A DNA stretch of 64,000 nucleotides, taken from contig NC_068998.1 of the NCBI RefSeq assembly GCF_001194135.2, positions 47,072,494-47,136,493 of the forward strand, given 5' to 3'. Each line of letters starts with the position of its first letter. The first letter of the stretch is position 1. Below are positions 52,420 through 64,000 of the stretch, piece after piece. Source of the DNA: Octopus bimaculoides (lineage: Eukaryota). The notes beneath the pieces are model-generated. The model saw only the letters and a program-made list of their open reading frames with translations, searched no databases and was not told the origin of the DNA. Made by a program: the position numbers and the translations under genes.

Positions 52420-52644
52420 CTCATCATAGGTCAGTTTCATCTTCTTCTTCTCTGCCATTAGGACAGTTAATTCTTCAGTCTTCTGTTTCAAGTTGCCCTT
52501 CAGTTCTGAGACAAGACTCTCGGCATCCTGCAACCTCAGTCTGATCTCTCTGCAGCCATCATGCTCTGTGGAGAGTTTTTCATACAAGTCTTGGAACTGT
52601 TTGTTGCTGGCCTCATTACTTCTCAAATGTTTCAAGTCATGCTC
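52420..52644 (-). CDS. Myo5: Myosin V coiled-coil exon: EHDLKHLRSNE...AEKKKMKLTYDE
   Basis: ttttag acceptor, GAG|gttggt donor; 225 nt, phase 0-0; heptad-rich, phase matches flanking exons. Confidence 0.88.
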
Positions 52645-53464
52645 CTAAAACGATTGGAACGAGGAAGTGAGGTGGGAATATAAAAATATACAAATGATAA
52701 TTAAATCAAGAGTCAGATTGGCAATTTTAAAAATAAAATTTTATTTTTAAAGAAACAAAAATAACTTATTACAATAACAGAAAAATTTCATTGATTGATT
52801 TATTATTAATTAAGTAAATATTGGCTATGTAAAAAAATAGGAAACAAATAGATGTTGTTTGTCTCTCTATAGATAATGTTTACATATATATAGAGATTAC
52901 CTATGAATTAATGGAACTTTGAACCTTAATCAACAAAGAACACACTAACATATATACACACACACACACACACACATGCATACTGTCATATCCATACAAA
53001 CATACATATACAACCATATGTAGAAACACATACAACCATACCCACACAAACACACACACATGTACAACCATATCTACGTAAACACATTTGCTTACACCCA
53101 TGTCCACATAAACATACACATATAGCCATATCCACACAAACATACTTGCAATCACATGTCTACAAAGTGATCCACACAAATATATCTACACACAAATCTG
53201 AATACATCCCTACACACACATCACTGGATAAAATCATACACACGTTCAAACACCTACAACTACACAACACACACAGATGTACACACGTCCATACTCAAAT
53301 GTATATCTCTACAGACATATACACACACACACACACACATCATTGAAGACTATCAAACAACCACAAACAAATCCAGACACCAAGATCTCCACATCTCCAC
53401 ACACATCACCAAATACAATCACACATCCATCTACACCAATCCACACACATACACAGACACCTAC

Positions 53465-53554
53465 CTTCTCTTTAATTTGGTTAGACAATTCAATAATCTT
53501 GTTACACAGACGTCGGTTGGACAACTTCAGTTCATCTGTGTCTTTGGCCTTTCT
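53465..53554 (-). CDS. Myo5: Myosin V coiled-coil start exon: RKAKDTDELKLSNRRLCNKIIELSNQIKEK
   Basis: ttgcag acceptor, AAG|gtaggt donor; 90 nt, phase 0-0; homologous to IEARSVE...GMENKIMQLQRKVDEQ. Confidence 0.93.
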
Positions 53555-53607
53555 CTGCAAAAAAAGCACAAACAAATATGCATTATTAGAGATATACATG
53601 TCTGTGA

Positions 53608-53649
<42 letters not shown>

Positions 53650-53867
53650 AAAATATAAGAGAATTCACGAAAAAACAACAGACAAGGTGGCAGCTGATGA
53701 AGGAAATATTCTCTATGTGGTCTGTGTGTTTTCTGTACTTTGTTTATCATTTTGTCTACGTTTTGTTTTCAGTGTCCTGTACCCAGATATGCATCTATAT
53801 TTACAGGTAGATGGAAGTATGTACATACATGTACGTATATATGCATATACTCATTTATTATTTGTAT

Positions 53868-53898
<31 letters not shown>

Positions 53899-54943
53899 AA
53901 AAATAATAAGATACTCAGATATCTGGATGGTTGTACATTAACAGATTTTTATTAATATGTTACATGTTTTTATAAATTAGTGCTTGCATCTATTCTTGTA
54001 GATTCTCCAGATTCCAGATTTTGAAAATCTGGGGTGAATCTACAAGAATAGAGATAATACACCAATAGTGAGATTCTTTAGTTACTATATCTACAGTGTT
54101 TCTTTGTTGTTTTGGTTGCTGTTGGTCCCAGGGCAGTGAGCCTTGATTAAACAGACTTATAGTCAAAGCCATTCCAGACATGACCATCTTCACTTTATTT
54201 TCCCAGTGTTGTCTTTTCCTTTTCAGGTGGGATGTAATATAAGGGAGCTTTGGCTGCAGTTTCTAGCAAGTCAACCAGCCATGTAGAGGCTCTATCTCTC
54301 TCTCATTAGATTACTAAATCCTCATTCTCACATGATATTACTTTAAATGGGTAATCAGTGAATTGACAGGACCATGTTTTAATGTTTGTTAACATCTCTT
54401 TGTCTCTCTCTCTCTCTCTCTCACTCACTCACATACACAGTAATTAGATGACATAATTAAACAGTCATTAGATGTGACCACGTTTAACCTTTTAGCATTT
54501 AAACCAGTCATATCCAACCGAAATATTGTTTTATTTTGAAATCAGCCAGATCTGGCCTCTCACACATACTCTACAGTGTCGTTCTAAAAGTAAACAATCA
54601 CATCATCAAAATCTTAAAGCGACAAGATAAAGAATGATTAATTGAAAACAATGTGAATAATTAAGTATTACACCTGATTGAGCATTCATTATAATCATCC
54701 TCATTATCATCACTGAATATCTGTTTTCCATGGTAGCATGGGTTAGATGATTTGAAGGGAGCTGGTAAGGCCAAGGGCCACACCAGGCACCATTGTCTGT
54801 TTTAACATGATTTCTAAAACTGGATGCTAAATACTTTTATTATAGAGTTGATTAACTAATTAAGCTCCATAATTACATACACACACACAAATACTAGGCT
54901 GACTTGAAGAATCTCTGGGGAAATAATTGTCAAAAGAATTTAC

Positions 54944-55135
54944 CTTAAGTTCTTTGAAGACCTTCTTGGCAGCTCTACGTCTAACATGAGACTGTAATAG
55001 GACGACACCGTGGCGGACTTTGTCAAACTTCCTTCGAGCCATCCAGGCACGAATGTGGGTTTGAAGAATTGTGGCATTACGGTCAGCCACCAACCTGCGG
55101 AATAGTCTTTGAGCCAGCACTCTCCGGGCATATCT
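54944..55135 (-). CDS. Myo5: Myosin V IQ4-IQ6 exon: RYARRVLAQRLF...LQTHIRAWMARRKF...LQSHVRRRAAKKVFKELK
   Basis: ttccag acceptor, AAG|gtaaat donor; 192 nt, phase 0-0. Confidence 0.96.
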
Positions 55136-56267
55136 CTGGAATTAGAAAGACAACAGGATTCATGAAACAGGAACAAATTTGAAACCATTTAAAGAGCAAG
55201 GTTAACACATAATGGATGTAGCTGTGATTCTTTAGCCCTAGGTCAGTCCAGTCTTCTACCAGCAGACTTATTATCAAAGACAATCTAACCATGACCAACC
55301 CGAGTTTTCAGACAGTATATTCTAAACAACATTATTGCTGTGACACTGATATGCCAAGGATATAAAAAAAACTTTGAAGAACTGACATTTCAGGCTCTCT
55401 TCTTCCACACAAACCAAACTCACTGGTAAATGGCTCCAAAGTTTCAGAAACCATGTATGTAGGTATATGATGGGATTCTTTCAATTTCTGTCTACCAGAT
55501 CCACTCATAAGGACTCTGGTCAGCCTGGGGCTATATAATTGAAGACACATCCCCAAGGTGCTAAGTAGTGGGATTGAACCCAGAAGTTTGTGGTGAGAAA
55601 GAAAAACTTATTACTACATAACTACACCTGTACTTTGTGAAGCCATGTGGCTTAGTGGTTAGGGTGTTGGGCTCATGACTGTAAGCCTGCGGTTTCAATT
55701 CTTGGACTGGTCAATGCATTGTGTTCTTCAGCAAAACACTTCATTTCACATCACTGCAGTCAACACAGCTGGCAAAAATGAGTAATCCTGTGACAGACTG
55801 GCGACCCATCCAGATGGGGGTTATATACGCCATGAAACTGGGAAACCAGCCCTCGTGAGTCAATATGACTCAAGAAGGAAACCTGAGACCTGCTGGTGCC
55901 TATCAAACTTTTTGGCAAAGAGAACAGGTTGAGGACTCAGTTTACTTAAGTACTTGTGGATCATTTACAATGTGTATTCTTCAGTGGATGGTAAGGCCTG
56001 CTTTGCCTTGTGCCACAAAATCACAATGACAGGTAAGGTTTCCATTTAGAGGAGCAGCATTTTGCCAGTGTGCCTTCATGCTTGCATGAAGTTGGTCCCA
56101 GTGTTGGAGTTGACTTTGGTCAAACCTCTGAACTAAAGAGAAGCAAGACTGGCACCAAGTCTTGCGTTCTAATGCTTTGTTTTCCCATATGGACCCTTCT
56201 CTAGCACTATGGTCATTTAGAGATAATTAATATCGTTAAATAAGAGAAAAGAATGTTCCAAACTAAC

Positions 56268-56382
56268 CTGGACAACAATGGCAGCCATTTTCTTCTCTTG
56301 GAACACTTTGCGAACAAGAAACGCTCGAAAATAAGCTTGAATCTTAATGGAGGCATGTATCCTGCGTCGTTCTTCGAAGGCT
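56268..56382 (-). CDS. Myo5: Myosin V IQ3-IQ4 exon: AFEERRRIHASIKIQAYFRAFLVRKVFQEKKMAAIVVQ
   Basis: atgcag acceptor, CAG|gttagt donor; 115 nt, phase 2-0; IQAYFRA motif. Confidence 0.95.
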
Positions 56383-56508
56383 CTGCATAGATTCAAAAAA
56401 AAAAAATGGCATGATGTACTGAACAAATATTCCACAACAATGGAAGAAAGTCAAAGACAATTCAAAGAATCACAGTATTAACTGTTTCAGTAGTAAAGAT
56501 TATTTACA

Positions 56509-56617
56509 AACATAACATGGCAGTCCTGGTTTAGGACTAATGTTGTTGTAATTTAGCCCCAGGAGACATCGTCTCCAGTTGGCTATATGACATAAACCAG
56601 GACTGCCACGTTATGTT
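56509..56617. mobile_element. Small MITE-like fold-back element
   Basis: 25-bp inverted repeats with one mismatch (56509-56533 / 56593-56617); internal GGAGAC/GTCTCC hairpin. Confidence 0.65.
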
Positions 56618-57899
56618 GGCAAACAATCTTTACTACAAAGTACTGTTGCCGAATACGTCACGTTGTGAGATTTGGAAATAGTAATTTTCTAACTGTTTCA
56701 GTGTTATGGATGAGGTCGGGCAGATGTACTGTGGAAAGTGTTACAGGAAAAAGGGACTACCATTTGATCTCCTAATAGCTTGCTAAAGTAGATCAATGAG
56801 TTAGCATCAATGAGGAAGCATCTATAAGCAGTTGCTGTTTCATCATCCAAGAAACAGCAACTGAATCTCCTTCAAATCACATGCAACTGTCTTTAAAAAA
56901 AAAGGGAAGGGCACATTGAAAAATGTAGTCCTAGATATATTATGCCTGAATAAAAGATTGGGTAATTGTAACTGGAATCTAGCTGATCATAAATTTACAG
57001 GCTTGTGTTGGTCAGATGTCATCTTTTCAGTGTTGTGATATCACCACATATCACTTTATCATGCACAAGTTCTGATTAGCAATCTACAACATTTCATGAT
57101 GATGAGGGCAGTGGTGGTGGTGGTGTTGTAGAGCCCTAGGTCAACCCTGATCCACCAGTCCTATGAAATGAATCATCTGAACAACAAGATACAAGTTGAA
57201 GATCTGTCGTCCTAGTATTATCATGTCCCCTCCAGTTGACCGAGGGCCAGAGATCAGGGTCCAGGGAGCACACATTGTGACACACAGTGCTGAATGGTAT
57301 GGAGTGCAAAGTGACAGTATGGACAGAGTTGTACTCTTTCTCTCTCTCTCTCTTTCTCTCTGTCTCTCTCTCTCTCCTTGTTGTCCTCTTTATTTCTACA
57401 GATTCAATAGATTCTGGTGGCCACATTGAAGGTGGTCAATAAGAGGGATTTAGCCAAGAACACACAAGAGTTGTTGCTGCTCAGCCCTTGAGTAGGAGGA
57501 AATCGTCCAAGGACAGTGTGGCTAGGAAGGGTCAGCGATGTGGTTATTCCTGTATGTGTTTTTGTATGTTTGGCTGAGCCGTTGGAGAGAGATAATGTTG
57601 TTAGGATGGTGCTACAGTAGGGGCATGGAGCGTTGTAGATGTGGGGGGGGGTAGTTGTAGATGTGTTGTGAATGTGTGTGGCAGAATTGTTGTGAGGTTG
57701 TATGGTAGATCTCTTGCTGGGGTGTGACAGAGGTATTGTGGAATGTGGCAGATGTGGAGTGCTGGAGATGCGTCTGGACTAAGCGTGTTAGAATGAAACT
57801 GTTGTTGTGTTATGAGGTGTTGTAGATGTGTCTGGAGTGTGTGGGAGAGAGATAGTGTTGTTAGGATGATGTTGTAGTCTGATGCATTGTAGGGTGTTG

Positions 57900-58012
57900 T
57901 AGATGTGCTGTGGAGTGGTGCAGGTGTGCTGTGGAAGTGTTGTGGGATGTTGCAGATGTGTTGTGGGATGTTGCAGATGTGTTGTGGGATGTTGCAGATG
58001 TGTTGCAGATAT
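57900..58012 (+). repeat. 21-bp minisatellite (gatgtgttgtgggatgttgca)n within a GT-rich degenerate tract
   Basis: Direct tandem copies; yields the HPTTHLQ-repeat pseudo-ORF. Confidence 0.75.
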
Positions 58013-58269
58013 GTCTAGATGTTTGGATGTGATTCTCCTTGTAGTAAGAGGGGCTGCAATGGTTAAAGTCCCCTGTAGCAACAAACTGTGACTTTCAAAC
58101 GTCCAGGTGGTCCCTCAATACAAGCAGCCTCATCTTATTGTTTCATCCCTGATGCTTTGTTAGAATCTTTCCATCAAACTTAGTATTAAATGCTTGTACC
58201 AAAAGGAACAAAAACCTTAACTGAAACGGAGAGAGATGGGGGTGAAAAAAATAAGTTGGAGGTCCTTAC

Positions 58270-58481
58270 AAGCGTGCTATATATCCACGGCCATAAATTT
58301 GTAGTAAGAAAACTGAACGTCTGATCTTCTCGAAGTGTCTCTTGCACAGGAACGTCCGCACCTGCTTTTGTACCATAACTGACCACTTGATGCGTCGATC
58401 ACTCAACAGTTTGTCGAGGAGTGCAAGCTGACCAGCACGGAACAAAATCTTTGTTTTCCCAAACCGGTATTTATCAGGGTC
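58270..58481 (-). CDS. Myo5: Myosin V converter + IQ1-IQ2 exon: DPDKYRFGKTKILFRAGQLALLDKLL...QIYGRGYIAR
   Basis: ttacag acceptor, TT|gtaagg donor; 212 nt, phase 0-2; FGKTKIxFRAGQ motif. Confidence 0.97.
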
Positions 58482-58689
58482 CTGTAAGATAACAATAAGT
58501 TAGTTTTAGCTTTGACACCAAGATAATTATCAGAAGAGAGTGCGAGTAAGAGATGAACCCCTTGGTTAATTTCGATGAAATTAGCAAAACTAAATAATTA
58601 CCACATCAGCACGGGCTGGACAGGCAGTTAAATATACAAAAAGCAAAAAGGCACAAAAGCAAAACAGCAAAAAAAAACATGTGGCTTAC

Positions 58690-58801
58690 CTCAATGTATG
58701 TTTTCATAAGTTTCTCACAACTTTCTCGTGGGTCCGATTTGTTGACGTCTGACAGATTCAAGAGTTGTTGGAACATGTAGAATATATTATCGTATGTTCC
58801 C
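58690..58801 (-). CDS. Myo5: Myosin V converter exon: GTYDNIFYMFQQLLNLSDVNKSDPRESCEKLMKTYIE
   Basis: ttgcag acceptor, GAG|gtaagc donor; 112 nt, phase 2-0; positionally homologous to WTYQEFFSRY... Confidence 0.92.
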
Positions 58802-58913
58802 CTGCAACAGAAGGCATACACAACAATTACACCTCCATACGCAACACGCAATATATATACATATATATATATAAATGAGTGAATATTCAAAAGAATACTC
58901 GTAAAGATGTTAC

Positions 58914-58952
<39 letters not shown>

Positions 58953-59223
58953 CAGTGGCAAATCTAAATAATTGATAACAACAACAATAATAACATCAGT
59001 GGCAGCAATCGATATTAGCATTAGAAAGTGAAAGTAGAAACTAGCCAGAATTCAAAATCTCGATCCAGGTATATCTGTTACCTCATTCTATTACTTTTTA
59101 GCTGAGATGGTATGTTAAATTCTACTCGTTTGCCTGATTTCTGTTGGTCAGTTGCATATATTCAGTGAGATTAGTGGTTAAGTTAATGACAAATAATGGA
59201 ACATTAGTGAATTTTAGGTTTAC

Positions 59224-59310
59224 CTTGCAGGGAATCCAGCAGCACTGATCCGGATGGTTTCCAACACTCCACAAGCCCGAAGTTGTTCAACAACTCGCTT
59301 ATGGTGAAAC
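59224..59310 (-). CDS. Myo5: Myosin V motor exon (SH2/SH1 helices): [28 protein letters not shown]
   Basis: ttacag acceptor, AG|gtaaac donor; 87 nt, phase 2-2; [13 protein letters not shown] motif. Confidence 0.97.
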
Positions 59311-59312
59311 CT

Positions 59313-59379
<67 letters not shown>

Positions 59380-60353
59380 TTATTTTATTTATTTGTCACC
59401 AGGGCGAAAGATGAGGGGGACAATATAAAACAGATATATGTGGGGGTTTACATATAATGAAATGATAAAATAAATAAATAAATAACAAAAAAGGGATAAA
59501 TATACATGGTATATAATGAAAAGGGAGAGAAATATATATATATATATATAGTAAACAAAGGTTGAAAAAGTGGGGTGGTCCTATGATAGAGATGTAGTCC
59601 TCCTGATACAGGATGACCTCCAGGGAAAATCATGGAACTCCACTGTCCAAGATCTCACTGAACACCAAAGGCAAGTACCTCCTCCAATTCCCTCTCTCTG
59701 ACTCACAGGTCTACACTTAGAGAGGTACCGTCCACTCTTGCTATTTTCACAACTTTCGCCCACTTTTCAATAAACTCATTAATCCTTTCAATTATAGGCA
59801 AAGGGCCTGAAATTTTGGGGGAGGGAGGGCCAATCGATTTCAATGACTCCAGTGCTTGACTGGCACTTATTTTATTGACCTCAAAAGGGTGTAAAGCAAA
59901 GTTGACCCCAGTCGAATTTGAACTTAGAATGTAATCTATATTTTCTTCCAAAATTTTCATTGCTTTTGCATCCTTGTCAATGGATGTTCACAAGGTTCCA
60001 AAAGCAACTAAAGTGTTGGAAAGGAAAAATATAAATAATAAATGAGTGGAAATCGAACCAGTGAGTGTGTTAGATAATAAGGCATTAAGACAATATGACT
60101 TTCCCCAGACACAGCAAAATTCTATCTCCATCCCTTACAATCAAAAAGAAGTACAGATGATGAAAGTGACTGCAGTACAAATGGTACTTTTACATTTTTT
60201 TCATTTTTAACAACTGAAGAGGATACAAGGGAGATAACTAAATACAGCACTTGTATATATTTTCCAACATACAAGCTGTGAAATCAGTTGATCCTCGGCA
60301 ATGGTCACAGTCATTCATTGTCCTCTGTGGAATTGAATCTATAATAAACTTAC

Positions 60354-60451
60354 TTGAAAGGTTTCTTTTCATCATTGGGTTTAATACATCGCACATAGTG
60401 TGGGTTTGTGTCTGACAAGGTCTTCATGAGGCTGTTTAATGATTCTTTAAA
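60354..60451 (-). CDS. Myo5: Myosin V motor exon: [32 protein letters not shown]
   Basis: ttgcag acceptor, AA|gtaagt donor; 98 nt, phase 0-2; [11 protein letters not shown] motif (too short for the ORF track). Confidence 0.97.
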
Positions 60452-61529
60452 CTGCAACATTAAATAAAATAATTGAAATCGATTTTTAAAAAAATTGGGG
60501 GATTTGAACACAGAATGTAAAGGGATGTAATTAAAATACTGGTTTCAAATCTTGGCACAAAGCAGACAATTTTTTTTTTTTTTTTTTGTGGAGGAGGTAA
60601 GTTGATTACATTGACCCCCAGTACTCGACTGGTACCTATTTTATTGACCCTGAAAGGATGAAAGGCAAAGTCGACCTCAGCAGAATTTGAACTCAGAATA
60701 TAAAAATGGATGAAACATCACTAAGCATTTTACCTGGAGTGCTAACAATTCTGCCCACAAGGTATTTTAGTCTCAAATTTACTAATTCTGTCAACCCACA
60801 GACACGACCGTGAAGGTTTGTGGCCTACTGGCTTGGGCACACATAATATTGTGATTATGGTTTTGATTCCAAGAACAGATAACGGATCGTCTTTTTGAGG
60901 TCCTTGAGCAAAGCACTTCATTTCATGTTGTTTATGTGCCAAGAAAACTGGGTAATCAGCCCAGTGAGTCTTAAGAGTCAAGAAAGTAATATCCAAGGGA
61001 CTCACAGACATCACTGTGTCAGTTTTTACTTCACTACAAAATCAAATGATTCTAGCTTGATCCCACTGCAGAGAACCTTAGGCAAGTATCCTCTGCCGTA
61101 GTCTTGAAGTCAACCCTCTCTGCAGTACCTTGAGCAAGTCTTTTGCATCTCAGGTTCAGATTGATCAAGGCCTTGAGCGAAATTAGTCAAAAACTGTAGA
61201 GAAACTCAACAGACAAACTGTACCAGTTAATGGGTGAGAGACTTTACCTGTTGCTTGGGATAACAACATTAATTGTCCTACCCCTAGGAAGCCATTAGCT
61301 GGGTCCTCACCCTTACAATTAATAAAACCAGGTGTTTCGTCCCTTATCTCAAGACTATTGGACACCTTGGGCAGGGGGGTACTTCTTCCTTTAGCATCCT
61401 AAAGTTTCTTCCTGTCTTTCCATCCAACAGTCTTGGCTGCTGTTGTCCCCTCTCTAGCTAAGACCTATCCTCCACTGTTAGCAATAAAACTTTGTCCCCT
61501 TCACCACCACTGCCACCTTCTTCACATAC

Positions 61530-61655
61530 CTGAGAACCAACAGTTTGTTTGTGCTTTTTAGATTTCTTTGGTGGATTCAGGTAGGATTCTTCAGATAAGG
61601 TTGATAGTTTCCTTTCCAATTTCTTCTCCTGGAACAGTTCTAATACAAATGGATT
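61530..61655 (-). CDS. Myo5: Myosin V motor exon (actin-binding loop 2): NPFVLELFQEKKLERKLSTLSEESYLNPPKKSKKHKQTVGSQ
   Basis: tttcag acceptor, CAG|gtatgt donor; 126 nt, phase 0-0; ends in TVGSQ. Confidence 0.95.
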
Positions 61656-61860
61656 CTGAAAGACAAAAAAAATATATTTCATTATTAACAGGATTCTTCT
61701 CACATATCTCTACAGAGAGATTTTCAAAGCAAACATCAAAACATTAGAATTTTATCAGCAATGTTTGCTTTCTTTTTATCATCATTTTTATTCATCTCTT
61801 TTTGTTCCAAGTTACCATTATGCATGTCAGACAAAATGATTATAGTATAGCATATATAAA

Positions 61861-62320
61861 TCATCATCATCATCGTTTAACGTCTGCTTTCCATGCTAGC
61901 ATGGGTTGGACGGTTTGACTGAGGACTGGTGAGCCAGAAGGCTGCACCAGGCTCAATCTGATCTGGCAAAGATTCTACAGCTGGATGCCTTTCCTAACAC
62001 CAACCACTGCGAGAGTGTAGTGGGTGCTTTTTACGTGCCACCAGCATGAGGGCCAGTCAGGTGGTTCTCCCAAAGACCACGCTCAAAAGGTGTTTTTATG
62101 TGCTACCTGCGCGGGAGCCAGTCTGGCAGCACTGGCAACGACCACGCTCGGTTGTTTTCCACATGCCGCTGGCACATGTACCGGTAATAGGAAAATAACA
62201 CTCAGCTTGGAAACAGGTAAGGATTGGTGACAGGAAGAGCATCTAATCCCAGCAAATCCCCCTAAAAACATATTCTGTCCAGCCCATGCAAGTATGGAAA
62301 GGTGTATGTTAAAACAATGA
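61861..62320 (-). mobile_element. Retroposon, family D
   Basis: Homologous to 41676-41927. Confidence 0.78.
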
Positions 62321-62442
62321 TGTATATATCATTGATTAAATTAGATTTTAAAAAACAACCAACCAAACCCCCATAAAGGGTGGGAGTGAGAACTGAACGA
62401 TAGTTTTGAAATAAAGAATTATCACATCTAACAAATACTTAC

Positions 62443-62649
62443 GGTGCTTTTTTTCAAAGTTTCTACTTGTAAGTCTGATACAGAATCCATATTTTTCTCC
62501 ATGAACCCTTGGCAAGCATAGGTGACCTTCTCAGCAAAGTGGCAGACAGTGAAAGATGTCTGAGAGGTTCTGGGTTTTTCAAAACACTGAGCTTTTGCCA
62601 ACTTCTTTAATAATGATGTGCACCAGTTGGCGTCACTTCCATTCAACAT
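62443..62649 (-). CDS. Myo5: Myosin V motor exon: MLNGSDANW...FEKPRTSQTSFTVCHFAEKVTY...EKNMDSV...LKKST
   Basis: ccgcag acceptor, ACC|gtaagt donor; 207 nt, phase 0-0; EKPR, HFA.KV.Y and EKN.D motifs. Confidence 0.97.
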
Positions 62650-62936
62650 CTGCGGAGAGAGGAAAGAAGTAAATGACCCGAGTAAAGAACACCATGAGCA
62701 AAAACATGTAGAAGACAGGTACAACATCAACTTTCTGGACCCTAATGGCTTTGAACCTCTTATAATCTGCTCTAATTCAAGAACAGAATCTTCAAATTCC
62801 TGTGACTGCCAAACTAGCTTATTGGTACCTAGCACAGACTAGTACTTTGTACAGTACAGTATTAATAAACTTCTGTCATTCATACTAAAATACATGCATT
62901 TTTTATCTTAATTTAATATTTGTTTAATTTAGAGTG

Positions 62937-63343
62937 TAGGAGTGGCTGTGTGGTAAGTAGCTTGCTTACCAACCGCAAGGTTCCGGGTTCAGTCCCACTG
63001 TGTGGCATCTTGGGCAAGTGTCTTCTACTATAGCCTCGCACCAACCAAAGCCCTGTGAGTGGATTTGGTAGACGGAAACTGAAAGAAGCCCATTGTATAT
63101 ATGTATATATGTATGTGTTTGTGTGTGTGTCTGTGTGTGTGTCTGTGTTTGTCCCCCCAACATCGCTTGACAACCAATGCTGGTGTGTTTACGTCCCCGT
63201 AACTTAGCAGTTCAGCAAAAGAGACCGATAGAATAAGTACTAGGCTTACAAAAAAAAAATCCTGGGGTCGATTTGCTCGACTAAAGGTGGTGCTCCAGCA
63301 TGGCCACAGTCAAATGACTGAAACAAGTAAAAGAGTAAAGAGT
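62937..63343 (+). mobile_element. Full-length SINE, family A (GGAGTGGCTGTGTGG head, internal TA/TG microsatellite, AAAGAGT tail)
   Basis: A/B boxes; matches 32188-32589. Partial copies near 13262, 16487, 22203, 24290, 24882, 27415, 34860 and 55480. Confidence 0.88.
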
Positions 63344-63563
63344 ATAGGAACAAATGTAAGAAAACAATCCTCAAGTTTTGAGGATAGCAGAGAGAAGGGA
63401 AACCACAGTGAAAGAAGAGAAAAGAGGTCCTTAAATTGAGTATTTAGACATGTTAAAGAAAGAGATGAAAGCTGAAACCAAGGAGATAGCAGGTTCAATT
63501 TACATCTCTGGCAATGTTTCATTTGGTAGTTTATTTCACAGAAACTTCTGGAAAGTGACTTAC

Positions 63564-63704
63564 CTTACATTCGTCATCTAATAAAGCTAAGATTCCCTGA
63601 GAACTCTCAATAAGATCAATACAAGGAGTATTATCGTAGTGGCTGATTTCATCCCATTCCAGACCTTCTTGTCTATACTCCTGCTGTTCTAGTGTGAATA
63701 CGTG
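63564..63704 (-). CDS. Myo5: Myosin V motor exon (relay region): [47 protein letters not shown]
   Basis: ttgcag acceptor, AAG|gtaagt donor; 141 nt, phase 0-0; matches myosin V HVFKLEQEEY...LLDEECK. Confidence 0.97.
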
Positions 63705-64000
63705 CTGCAATGGAACCAAAGACAATAGAACATGTATAATGATACATACATATATATATGTTCATGAATACATACATGTACAACACACACACACACACAC
63801 ACACACTCTCTTTTTACAGGGGCAAACAATTTGCGAGAAAAAATATAAATTCTTGAAAATTAATTTGCTAAGATATTATTAATTTTGTTATCATCTAGAA
63901 TGACTATTTAAAAAAATGATAATAACAGAATTAATGATATATGTAATTGCAGGCCCCAAAAAAGCATTAAACAGCTGAGGGGTTAAAATTAAAATTGAGT

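Larger units (their letters stand above)
2633..63704 (-). other. Myo5: Unconventional myosin V gene (partial: motor C-half, 6 IQ, coiled coil, medial tail); 18 supported exons, 889 codons
   Basis: Manual splicing of minus-strand GT-AG exons gives one uninterrupted frame with matching intron phases. Motifs include [51 protein letters not shown] and six IQ motifs at 23/25 spacing (class V hallmark). Confidence 0.96.

Noticed and set aside
61183-61400. Possible extra exon in the loop-2 intron (GFLGVGQLMLLSQ)
   Set aside because: A phase-0 entry hits a stop and flanking exons already join perfectly; may be a decayed LINE remnant

Overview
Eukaryotic genomic DNA from a gapped draft assembly. The repeat landscape (dense tRNA-derived SINEs; TA, CA, AAT and TAG microsatellites) looks like an octopus/cephalopod genome; the species is an inference. 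One gene dominates: a minus-strand unconventional myosin V. I reconstructed 18 phase-consistent GT-AG exons between 63704 and 2633 (2667 nt, 889 codons). They cover the C-terminal half of the motor, the converter, six IQ motifs spaced 23-25-23-25-23, the coiled coil, the PEST-like region and the medial tail. The N-terminal motor lies beyond the right edge, and no globular-tail exon is seen in the window. The motor and converter are unusually divergent, suggesting a second paralog. A 41.2-kb intron (2754-43992) lies at the position of vertebrate MYO5A exon D. It holds a candidate symmetric cassette exon (41006-41140) and a candidate ATG-initiated ~1-kb exon (27738-28750) that could make a headless, catchin-like myosin V tail protein. 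Other intronic contents: a retroposed 5S rRNA copy fused to a SINE, an RTE-type LINE fragment, several MITEs (including a 64-bp element with perfect TIRs and a 9-bp TSD) and two degenerate Penelope-type minimal hammerhead motifs. Most listed ORFs are microsatellite or N-gap artefacts.
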